DNA from: a virus
Lineage: Duplodnaviria > Caudoviricetes
IMG/VR virus record: IMGVR_UViG_2865859272_000007
Coordinates: 15,399 to 79,398 of that record
Direction: 5' to 3' (one strand)
DNA: 64,000 nt
In this document: one piece after another, positions 11,733-20,695 of the stretch
Layout of the letters: each line of letters opens with the position of its first letter
Numbering within the stretch: the first letter of the stretch is position 1
Position numbers and translations under genes: made by a program
The notes under the pieces: generated by a model
Seen by the model: only the letters and a program-made list of their open reading frames with translations
What the model was told of the DNA's origin: nothing
The model's database searches: none

Positions 11733-12110
11733 ATGACACCCGAAGAACACCTCATAAAAGCCGCCGACGACCTCGCCCAACACGGCCACGCCAAATACGC
11801 CTTCTTCACCAACCAGGCCGCGGAGTCCTGGACCACAGCCCGCGCCTGCGCCCTCGGCGCCCTCGCCCGAACCGACACCGAAACCCACATCGCCCAGCAG
11901 AGCTGGGGCGTCCTGGTCAAGGACGTGCAGAACTGCCCGGCCGCCCACAAGCTCGCCCATCACCTCCGGGCCAAACACCCCGCACTCTTCGCCGAACCCC
12001 CTGCCGACGACTACGACACCATCACACAGTACAACGACCACCCCGACACCACCGGCGAAGACGTCATCCTCGCCATGAAACAGGCGGCACACGACACGGA
12101 ACCGACATGA
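11733..12110 (+). CDS. DUF6197-like phage protein, paralog 3
   Basis: LIKAADDL..HG, CALGAL, YND...TGEDVILAMKQAA. Confidence 0.75.
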   Translation: MTPEEHLIKAADDLAQHGHAKYAFFTNQAAESWTTARACALGALARTDTETHIAQQSWGVLVKDVQNCPAAHKLAHHLRAKHPALFAEPPADDYDTITQYNDHPDTTGEDVILAMKQAAHDTEPT

Positions 12111-12486
12111 CCACCCACACCCACACATGGCGCCGGCTGACCGTCCTCCTGGAGGACGGCGGCCCGGCCCTCACCTACAAACGCTGCACCGGCTGCGGAA
12201 AGCTGCTGCTATGAACCCGCATCCCCCTACCCGCGGAAACACCATGACCGACGACCTGAACGACCGCCTCTGCAAAGGCATCCACCTGTCCTGGCTCGTC
12301 GGCCACCACCACGGCACCTACAACGTCCACGACGGCCCCGCCGACCAATGCACCCGATGCTGCCCCTGCCCCAACCACGGCGGCCCCCACATGCACCCCT
12401 CACAGTGGCAACACCGCTGCCCAGAATGCCGCCAAGCAACCGGCCACAAAATGGACTGCACCACCGGACGGAAACAAACACCATGA
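12107..12486 (+). CDS. Two small Cys/His-rich proteins (12107-12214; 12244-12486)
   Basis: Coupled ORFs with CxxC motifs. Confidence 0.55.
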
Positions 12487-12716
12487 CCGCCCGCGACAAC
12501 TTCCTCACCGCCTACAACGACAGCGCCGCCTGCTACTGCGGCGACGACACCTGCCCCAGCATCGGAACCCTCATCGACACCCTCCTCCACGACCACGCCC
12601 ACGAGCTCGCGGAGAAGCAGCGGAACCAGTGTCGATGCTTTCGCTCCTGCGGCTGCTGCTCTTGCCGTATTACCCCCGGAGAGGCTGCCGACCTAATAGA
12701 CCCGGAGGTGGCGTGA
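12483..12716 (+). CDS. ADLIDPEV-family protein, paralog of 6349-6648
   Basis: MTARDNFLTAYND versus MTARDRFFTAYND; HAHELAE; AADLIDPEVA. Confidence 0.85.
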   Translation: MTARDNFLTAYNDSAACYCGDDTCPSIGTLIDTLLHDHAHELAEKQRNQCRCFRSCGCCSCRITPGEAADLIDPEVA

Positions 12717-12841
12717 TGAGCGCATGGCGACCCTGATTCGCTCGTTCGCCGTCATGTGCACCCACAAAGGAAGCCATGCATGGACGCGGTCCGCCAGTTC
12801 GAGAATGAGAACAGACCGTACAACTGAACACAGGAGAACGG

Positions 12842-14941
12842 ATGCCCGACACGCTCACCGCCGCCCTCTGCTGGTACGCCGCCGGAGCATCCGTCGTCCG
12901 CACCGCAACCGACGGCACCAAGCGGCCGGCCGGCGAGTGGAAGCAGTACCAGCACACCCGAGCCACCCCCGCCCAGATCCACGCCTGGTTCGCCGGCGGG
13001 CACCCCGGCCTCGGCATCATCTGCGGAGCGGTATCCGGCGGCATCGAACTCCTGGAATTCGAAGGCCGCGCCGTCGACGACGGGCTCGTCCAGGAATTCC
13101 AGGAGATCGCGGAGAACTCCGGGCTCGGCGGCATCTGGCACCGCCTCATGCAAGGGTACGTCGAAGAGACCCCGTCGGGCGGGCTGCACCTGCTGTACCG
13201 CGTCACCGAAGGCCAGGTCCACGGCAACACCAAGCTCGCCCGCCGGCCCGCCACCCAAGCAGAGCTGGCGGACAATCCCGCCGACAAGATCAAGGTGCTG
13301 GTCGAGACCCGCGGCGAAGGCGGCTTCGTGATCACCGCCCCCTCCCACGGCCCCGTCCACCCCACCGGCAAGCCGTGGATCGCCTGCGTCGGCAGCCCCG
13401 CCACCCTCCCCGAGCTCACCGCCGACGAACGCGACGCGCTGTGGACCGTCGCCCGCACCCTCGACCGGATCCCCGCGCCCCCCAGCCCGGCCGCCATGCC
13501 AGCCGCACGGACACCGGGCAGCGGGCAGCGGGACGACGGGCCCTCCCCCGGCGACGACTACGAGCAGCGCACCGACTGGGCGGAGATCCTGGCCGGCTGG
13601 ACCCTCGTCTACCAGCAGGGCGGCACCCGCTACTGGCGGCGCCCCGGCAAGACGACCGGCATCTCCGCCACCACCGGCCGCAACGACGACCGCGACCGGC
13701 TGTACGTCTTCACCACCAGCACCGCATTCCAGCCCGAAACGCCGTACACGAAGTTCGCCGCCTACTGCCTGCTGCACCACGGCGGCGACTACCGGCAGGC
13801 CGCCGGGGCGCTCGCAGGGCAGGGGTACGGGGCGCGCCGGGACACGCCGGCGGTGCAGCAGGGCGAGACGGTTCCACCGCCGGCGGAGGTGGGGGGCGGC
13901 GAGGGGGCCGAACCCCTCCGACGGCTGCATGTCGCCCCTATGTCGTCGGTCATGCCGAAGCGGGTGCGCTGGCTCTGGCGTGACCGGATTCCGCTCGGGG
14001 AACTGTCGCTCATAGTAGGACGAGGCGGCATTGGGAAATCCACACTACTCGCAGAATTCGGTGCGTGGATAACGCGCGGCACCATGAAAGGCGAATATCT
14101 CGGCGAACCGAGAGATGTCCTTTATGTCGTCAACGAAGATTCGCTGGAATACACAGTCGTCCCCCGACTTATAGCGGCAGGGGCGGACCTGTCACGCATT
14201 CACCGGGTACGGGTGCAAATAGGTGACGACTGGAGCCGCCTTATGCTCCCGCGCGACTGCGAACTCGTCAAGACAGAAGTGCAACAGCGCGACGCAGCCG
14301 CCATATTCTTCGACCCGCTCTCCTCGAATCTCACCGCTAAGAAAAACGACCAGGACGAAATGCGTTCTGCGCTGGAACGCGTACGCCTCATGGCCGAAGA
14401 GGCGGGCATCGCCGCCGTGGGTCTGGCCCACACCCGCAAGGCTCTGTCCACGAATCTCCTCGACGCCATCATGGGCTCCGTCGAGCTGGGAAACGTGACC
14501 CGCTCCGTCATGGGCGCCATGCGCGACCAGGACGACGAGGAGATCGTCGTGCTCTCCCAGGAGAAGAACAACCTGGGACGCATGGATCTGGAGCCGTATC
14601 GCTACCGCATCGTCGGCCACGCGCTCGACAACCCAGACGACCCGTTGCAGCCGATCACCACGTCACGCATCGAGTGGGACGGCAAGGGCGGCCCTACGGT
14701 GTCCGACATGCTCGCCGAGGGGATCCAGACAGTCAGCCGCAGCGACGTGAACGAGGCGGCCCAGTGGCTCAAGCAGTACCTGATGATGAACCCGGGGACG
14801 CAGCGCCAGCGGGTCGAGATCGAAGCGATGAAGGTCGGGTACAAGCCGTACACGCTGAAGCGGGCCGCGAAGAAGATCCACGTGGTTTCCGAGCTGTCCG
14901 GCTTCCCGTGCGTAGCTCACTGGAGCCTCCCGGCTCCGTAG
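12842..14941 (+). CDS. Bifunctional DNA primase/polymerase fused to RepA-like AAA helicase
   Basis: Prim-Pol motifs (GLGIICG, ETPSGGLHLLY, RGEGGFVITAPS); Walker A GRGGIGKST; FFDP Walker B. Confidence 0.92.
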   Translation: MPDTLTAALCWYAAGASVVRTATDGTKRPAGEWKQYQHTRATPAQIHAWFAGGHPGLGIICGAVSGGIELLEFEGRAVDDGLVQEFQEIAENSGLGGIWHRLMQGYVEETPSGGLHLLYRVTEGQVHGNTKLARRPATQAELADNPADKIKVLVETRGEGGFVITAPSHGPVHPTGKPWIACVGSPATLPELTADERDALWTVARTLDRIPAPPSPAAMPAARTPGSGQRDDGPSPGDDYEQRTDWAEILAGWTLVYQQGGTRYWRRPGKTTGISATTGRNDDRDRLYVFTTSTAFQPETPYTKFAAYCLLHHGGDYRQAAGALAGQGYGARRDTPAVQQGETVPPPAEVGGGEGAEPLRRLHVAPMSSVMPKRVRWLWRDRIPLGELSLIVGRGGIGKSTLLAEFGAWITRGTMKGEYLGEPRDVLYVVNEDSLEYTVVPRLIAAGADLSRIHRVRVQIGDDWSRLMLPRDCELVKTEVQQRDAAAIFFDPLSSNLTAKKNDQDEMRSALERVRLMAEEAGIAAVGLAHTRKALSTNLLDAIMGSVELGNVTRSVMGAMRDQDDEEIVVLSQEKNNLGRMDLEPYRYRIVGHALDNPDDPLQPITTSRIEWDGKGGPTVSDMLAEGIQTVSRSDVNEAAQWLKQYLMMNPGTQRQRVEIEAMKVGYKPYTLKRAAKKIHVVSELSGFPCVAHWSLPAP

Positions 14942-14980
14942 AGTGCATAGCTGGCGCAATTCCCCGCCAGTGAGGGGCGT

Positions 14981-15092
14981 GCTCTGACTTGCTCCAGCTT
15001 GCGCCAACCTGCTCCAACTGTAGCGTCACGGAGAGTGAGCAGTTAGGGCCGGTTGGAGCAAGTTAGAACAAGTTAGTACATATATTCTCTCT
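14981..15092. promoter_or_regulatory. Putative replication origin: 4+4 inverted 10-bp iterons and an AT-rich tract
   Basis: GCTCTGACTT/GCTCCAGCTT/GCGCCAACCT/GCTCCAACTG at 14981-15020; AGTTAGGGCC/GGTTGGAGCA/AGTTAGAACA/AGTTAGTACA at 15041-15080; TATATTCTCTCT follows; directly after the replicase. Confidence 0.6.
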
Positions 15093-15164
15093 CAGAGACA
15101 CCGCGCCAACCACAGCGCCCCCGGCACGCAACGTAACCACAACTGAATACGGAGATCCCGGCCC

Positions 15165-17108
15165 ATGACCCAAGGCCCTGTCGACACCGAGATCAAACTC
15201 GCCCGATGCCCCCGATGCGGCGGATACGTCTTCGCGTGCACCAGCTCCGGACTGAAAACCGCAGCGGACCCGGCGCCCGTCACCCGCGACGGCTACGTCA
15301 CCGCCCTGGCCGCAGGACGCCGCCTCTTCGACCTCGTCACACAGGCTGGACGCCCCCACAAGCTCCTCACGCGCCCCCGAACAGCCCCAGCGCCCACCTT
15401 CGACCCCACAGGCGCCCAGACGCCCGTACACAGGCCCCTCGGGGGCGCCCTGCACGAACAGCGTCCCGTCCTGGCCGAGCACGGATGCGGCGCCCACGGC
15501 ATGGACGCCACCCGGGTGGAGGAGATACCCGTGGGCCCTCCCCAAGCCCCTGTGACGCCTGGCGCGCACAGGGGTGGACCCCACCAGCCACCTGCCCACG
15601 CCTCCACGCCGACCTGGCCGCACCCGGCGGCATCATCGACCACCTCCCCGCCTCCTGCGGCACCTGCGAGCCGCCGCCGTTCTAGGGCGGTGGTCGACCT
15701 GGAGCTGCCCGCCGATCCGCTGCCGGTGTGCGGCGCCTGCCAGGCGGTGATCGGGCCGGGCGAGGCATTCACCGGCGTCCATCACGAAATATGGCAATGG
15801 GCTTTTCATGAGGAATGCAATGACAACTGAAGAAAGTACCCCCCTGGCTGTTCAGGTAACCAGCGAAGAGAACGGTGTATGTCTGGCACTGCTCACAGCT
15901 GCCGATATGGAACTCGTTCTGTCGGTGACCATAGCGCCCGAGCACGCTTACAGCATCGCCCAAAAACTGACGATGGCGGCTATTCGTGTCGAGGAGAGGG
16001 GAAAGCGTTGATTTGTGATGAGTGTCGTCACGAGGCGGACTCTGATTCCAGTACCCTGCCGTCGAATGCGTGCCCGGTGTGCCGATACGAATTCGGTGTG
16101 ACGAAAACGGGGCGGGTGATCCAGCACGTAGATCCGCGAGACCCCGAGTATCGGAAATGCGCCGGTTCCGGCAAGGCGCCGCGTGGAAGGGGCCACGCCG
16201 CTTGCAAGGGGCACTGCCCCTGCCAGCACAAGCCGCGCCAATCGTGGAGAGGAGAGGGTCCTGGTGTCGATGCGTGAAATCGAGCGTAACGTCGCCGCCC
16301 TCAAAGACGGCTACGACGAGCGCATCGAATACAGAATCCGGGTCAACGGCGACTTTGAAGAGCGCGCCAATACCGTGCGCATGGCGGGGTTGCTGGAGCA
16401 GCTCCGGAAGGTCGCCATAGAGGGCGGCAGGTCGCCGGCGGGCCGTGCCGCGCGCCGGCCCCCGAACAAGCCGGGCAGCCAGCCGCCGGGACGCACAGAC
16501 GGGCTCACCCTCCTGGACGAGATCACCGGGGAGGTCTACTACTGGGTCGACCGCGTCCTCATGGAGTCCGGCCGTGACCGCACCCTCGGCCTCAGTCCCA
16601 TGCCCGCCCTGCTGGACGCCCTCGTCGCCGAAACCCGGCTCCTGGAAGACACACACCCCGCCCTGGTCGCCGACATCGCCGACGCCACCCGCACGTGGGT
16701 GCGGCGGGCGCGGCGCCTCCTCGGCCACGACGAGTCGTACGTGATGTTGGAGGAGAGGGTGTGTGGGGAGTGTGGTGGCGCTTTGGCGGTGGCCCGGGAT
16801 GCTTCGACGGCGGTGCGGTGCGTCGGTAGCCCGGACGGCGGCGGTTGCGGTGCGCGGTATGAGCGGGATACGTGGCTGGGGCTTCTTGTTGGGGGTGGGG
16901 AGGCCGCGTGAAGTTGCTGACGACTGATGCGGCGGTTGCCGGCCTGACGCCGCCGGGGGCATCTCGGGCGGTTATGGCCTATTGGAGGCGGGCTATCTAC
17001 AACGCGGCCGGACGTGGAGAGATCAGGAATTATGGGGGGTCTGGAAAGGGTGAGGCTCTCTGGGCGCCTGAGGAGATACTGGCCCTGCGGGAAAAACTTT
17101 CCCGTTAG
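15165..17108 (+). CDS. Post-replicase genes 15165-15830, 15808-16011, 16008-16277, 16270-16911 (C-terminal CxxC/C..C) and 16908-17108 (possible HTH); candidate late-regulator pair
   Basis: Coupled ORFs with RBSs; zinc-ribbon motifs; position at the end of the early operon. Confidence 0.6.
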
Positions 17109-17142
17109 GGCTTGACAAGCCCTGGTATGGATGTCCGATAAT
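17107..17142 (+). promoter_or_regulatory. Sigma70-like promoter with a palindromic operator over the -35 box
   Basis: AGGGCTTG-A-CAAGCCCT palindrome containing TTGACA (17112-17117); GATAAT at 17137-17142 (19-nt spacer, suboptimal). Confidence 0.5.
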
Positions 17143-17225
17143 GTGGATCGTGCGGCACCCCCTACCCTGAAACAGGGTGCGAAAGGTCCGTCGCCAACAG
17201 AAGACCCCCCTCGCACGCACGAACA

Positions 17226-17267
17226 AGGCCCCCGGTCCTCATCGAGGTGAGGAAGCGGGGGCTTTTT
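17226..17267 (+). terminator. Intrinsic terminator
   Basis: GCCCCCG...CGGGGGC stem with inner TCCTCA/TGAGGA stem, followed by TTTTT. Confidence 0.75.
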
Positions 17268-17453
17268 GTGTTTGGTGTGGGGGGAGATGCCGCGTGGAGC
17301 GCAGGACTGCGACCGGGATGGGCCGCCGGTGCGAGTAGGCCCCCGTCCGCTGCGCTCCACGCAGGGTTACCCCGGCTTGAAGCGTGTCATTCCCACGGGG
17401 CGGGGAGACATTTGGGCCCGCCGTCCACGAGAATCTGATCCCGTGGAGCAAAG

Positions 17454-17760
17454 GTGCGTGATCATGACCGCCGCCAGCGCCGGACGCTCCACCAGGCGGT
17501 GGAAACGACTCTGCGTCGAACTACGCGCCACCTTGCCCCCGCTCTGCGGCATCTGCGGACAGATCATCGACCTCGACCTACCGCCGAGACACCCCCAGTC
17601 GTGGACGCTCGACCACATCATCCCCCGCTCCGTGCGGCCAGACCTCGCGGAGGACCCGGACAATCTTCGGCCAGCGCACTACGGGTGCAACAGCGCCCGG
17701 GGCGCCGCCGGGCATGAAAAAAGGCCGGGACACCTTCGGGTGTCCCGGCGATGGGGATGA
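17454..17760 (+). CDS. Packaging-associated HNH endonuclease
   Basis: CGICGQ.ID, WTLDHIIP, PDNLRPAHYGCNSARG. Confidence 0.9.
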
Positions 17761-17761
17761 A

Positions 17762-18739
17762 TCACAGCCTTCCCTGGCGGTGCAGCGCCATGCGGCCCTC
17801 CAGCGTCCGCCTGAACGCCTCCTGCCGCGCCTGCCGCCTGTCCCTGCGGGCCGGTTCTGCTGCATCGGCTCCGTTGCGGGCACGGTGCGCCTCGCGCACC
17901 AGGGTGGCGGCCTCCTCCTCGGACAGGTACAGGAACTGCGTCTCCCTGGCTTTGCCGGCGCGGCACACCATGCCCCGGCCCGGCTCCTCCGGGGACGGCT
18001 GCGGCGGCCACACGTCGGTGAGCATCTTCCATGCCCGGTCGCTGTAGCGGATCAGGATGCGGGTCGAGAAGTTCTCCCGGATGTCGCCGCCTCCGAGGGC
18101 CGCTGCGGTCGCGTACTGCGCCACGGCCACGACATGCATCTTGGCGGCCCGGCCCATGAACATGATGTCCCCGAGCGCGTCGATGGCGTCGTACTTGTCG
18201 CGTGGCAGCTTTCGGCCGAGGGCCTGAAGCTGGCCCATCGTCGCGTTCATCTCTTCGAACACGACGATGATCCGCTCCCCTACCGGGGCTTCTTCGACGG
18301 GCCCGGGGAAGCTGTCGACGATCTCGTTGCGGCGGTGCACCTCCATGCCGAGCGCCACCAGGGCGTCCCCGATTTCAGGCAGGGTGGAGGCGTAGTCGGC
18401 GCCGGGCAGGTTCTTGGCCCATCGGTGGCTGTGCCGCTTCACGTCGAGGAAGGCGACCTTGTTGCCGGCGGCGAGGGCCTGGGCGGCGATGCTGCGGAGG
18501 ATGACGGACTTGCCGCCTCCGCTGGCGGCGGAGATCAGTACGTGTGGGCTGTCGCTGTCCAGGTCGATGGCGACGGGTTCGCCTTCTCCGTCGATGCCGA
18601 GGAGGGGCGCGGATTCCAGGGCGTCGGCGATGAGCGGGCGGGCCTGGTGGTAGCCGAACAGTTCGGGGAAGCTGTTGGGGGCGGCGGGTGTGGCGAGGCC
18701 GGTGTAGGTGCTGGTGGTGGGTAGGTTGAGCATCGTCAT
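17762..18739 (-). CDS. FtsK/SpoIIIE-type ATPase without a membrane domain
   Basis: PHVLISAASGGGKS Walker A, IIVVFEEM Walker B, GRAAKMHVV, RENFSTRI. Confidence 0.85.
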   Translation of the reverse strand: MTMLNLPTTSTYTGLATPAAPNSFPELFGYHQARPLIADALESAPLLGIDGEGEPVAIDLDSDSPHVLISAASGGGKSVILRSIAAQALAAGNKVAFLDVKRHSHRWAKNLPGADYASTLPEIGDALVALGMEVHRRNEIVDSFPGPVEEAPVGERIIVVFEEMNATMGQLQALGRKLPRDKYDAIDALGDIMFMGRAAKMHVVAVAQYATAAALGGGDIRENFSTRILIRYSDRAWKMLTDVWPPQPSPEEPGRGMVCRAGKARETQFLYLSEEEAATLVREAHRARNGADAAEPARRDRRQARQEAFRRTLEGRMALHRQGRL

Positions 18740-19941
18740 TCCTCGGTGGGGTAGATCATGACCCCGTGATCGCTGGCGCGGCGCTTGCAGCGGGGGTCGT
18801 TGAAGACGGACAGGTCTTTCACGCACCTCGCCAGGTGGGCGGAGCATGAGGCTGATTGGGCTTCTCGGTAGCGGGCGTTGACCAGCCACCGGGCGCGGTT
18901 CTTGCAGTTGTGCGCGAAGCATGTGGGCGTGGTCAGCTCCAGTTGTCCCACCATGAGCGGATCTCTTCGGGGGACTCGTCGTACATGTCGGCCACCATCT
19001 CTTCGAACGTGGCGGTAGGCTTGACCAGCCGTGTGGCGACCATGCGGCGCATCAGCAGCAGCAAGTCCTGGTCCCGCTCAGGTGGGTCGCCCTCCTGGTG
19101 AAGCGCGTACAGCAGGTCGTCCTCCACCTCCGACATGAGCAGCTGGATTTCGCCGGGCGTGAACGTCTTCTTCATGATGATTCCCCTGTCTCGTCGATGA
19201 TTCGGGTGCCTTCGTCCTTGACGTACGTTTCGTACGCCTCGCGGACGGCTTCTTCGTACGTGTCGGTGAGAAACGTGGATGCCCACGCCATGCCGTCCTC
19301 GTTGTCTTGGGCGTCCACGATGGAATCGATCGCCTCTTGGTCGTCTATGTCGACTTCCAGGGCATCTTCGAGCACGAGGTTGCCCCCGTGGTCCCAGCGT
19401 CCGAGCAGCAGAAAGGACATGGCCGTAGCTCCTTTCAGAATAGGATGACCGTCGCGGTGACTTCACCGCGACGGTCGGATGAGGACGGCGTAGTGTTTAT
19501 GGCCGGGCGTGTTGTCGCCGCATTTCCATCCGCATTCTGTGCCAGGCATGAGCTTCTTTCCTTTTCTGAAGGGTGTTTGCGGGCATGGGGACGCCCGGCG
19601 AGGGAAGCGAGTCGAATGTGAGGGCGGGAGGCCATCACGGGTCGCGTGTCCCTGCCGGGCGTCAGTGCCCCGGTGCCGCTGTGACGCGGCTACGGCTCAA
19701 CCGGGCCGGGGCTGTGGCTTCAGCCGGGGTATCGGGTACCGATGGTGCGGAGGACCGCTTCCCAGTCATCGCCATCGGGCCAGTGGCCGACTACTACGGA
19801 CCCGTCTGAATACAGGTCCACGCCGACCAGTTGCATCCCGGGGTCGTCGTAGCGCTCGACCGCAAGGGTGGCGATGTCGTCTTCGGGGACCTCGATCACC
19901 GCCAGGGTCTGGTTAGCGTCCGTCTTGATCAAGAACTTCAT
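18736..19941 (-). CDS. Small leftward genes 18736-18954 (Cys-rich), 18933-19175, 19172-19420 (very acidic), 19463-19549 (28 aa), 19720-19941
   Basis: Coupled ORFs with GAAAGGAG/GAAAAGGAAAG RBSs. Confidence 0.7.
19447..19476. repeat. Perfect 14-bp inverted repeat
   Basis: GACCGTCGCGGTGA-CT-TCACCGCGACGGTC. Confidence 0.9.
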
Positions 19942-20695
19942 GACTCTTGTCCGTTCATCTAGTCGACGTCACTCATGCTGCTCACGCCCGTTCATCGGTC
20001 GGGTCCCAGTGCCGGCGAGATCTTCCACGCGGACAACCCACGTGACAGCCTGGACGGTTGAGGGGAGTTCTTCGAGCCGCATGGCGGCTTCCCGGTAGCA
20101 GTGCGCGATGAGTGCGTAGCGGCTCTTCGCCGAGAGGCCGCGTTCACGGTTGCCGTAGGTTTCGCCTACGGCAATGTCGTGCGCGTGCCGGTCAACGCAC
20201 ACGGCCTCGGCATCCTCGGGGTCCAGGATGCAGCGGTAGAAGTTGCCGGTTTTGGCGTCCATCGGCAGAACTTCGGCGGGGTCGGTTCCGGCGAGGATTT
20301 TGGCGGCTTTGGCGAGCGCGTCGTGGACGTGCCCGTTGGGTTCGCCGTTCTCGAAGGTGGCGGCGGCGAGACGCTGGTTTTCGGGCCATGACTTGTTGGC
20401 GGACAGGGCGGCGATCACTCCGGCACCGGCCATCACGTTGCCTTCGCTGATCATGTCTGCGAGCTGGTGTGCGGTGCGGTACCAGGCGCGGCCCCGGGCG
20501 AGTTGGTCCGGGGTGGCCTTGCGCCATTCGTTGATGATGTTCTGGACGAACTGTTCCCGCTCTTCGGCGGTGAGCGTCTTCATATTGATCACGATACTCA
20601 CCTCCGGGGGTGAAAGTCGGGCGGGTTGGTTGTTTGAGTGCCCGGTCACGCTGCGACGCGTGTACGGCTTGACCGCCGGGCCGGGATGTCTCACG
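19661..20695 (-). repeat. Two copies of a ~55-nt structured intergenic element (about 19661-19718 and 20636-20690)
   Basis: Aligned copies share AGCCGTA and GTCRCAGC and show compensatory stem changes. Confidence 0.75.
19969..20592 (-). CDS. DUF7178-like phage protein (possibly HhH/glycosylase-like fold)
   Basis: GRAWY, VIAALS...W..N, KTGNFY, VCVDRHA, VQAVTW motifs; family name from memory. Confidence 0.65.
   Translation of the reverse strand: MINMKTLTAEEREQFVQNIINEWRKATPDQLARGRAWYRTAHQLADMISEGNVMAGAGVIAALSANKSWPENQRLAAATFENGEPNGHVHDALAKAAKILAGTDPAEVLPMDAKTGNFYRCILDPEDAEAVCVDRHAHDIAVGETYGNRERGLSAKSRYALIAHCYREAAMRLEELPSTVQAVTWVVRVEDLAGTGTRPMNGREQHE

Noticed and set aside
19661-20695. Known self-cleaving ribozyme (hammerhead, twister, pistol) for the repeated element
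   Set aside because: Core motifs such as CUGAnGA/GAAA or the twister UAA/AGGG elements are absent by inspection
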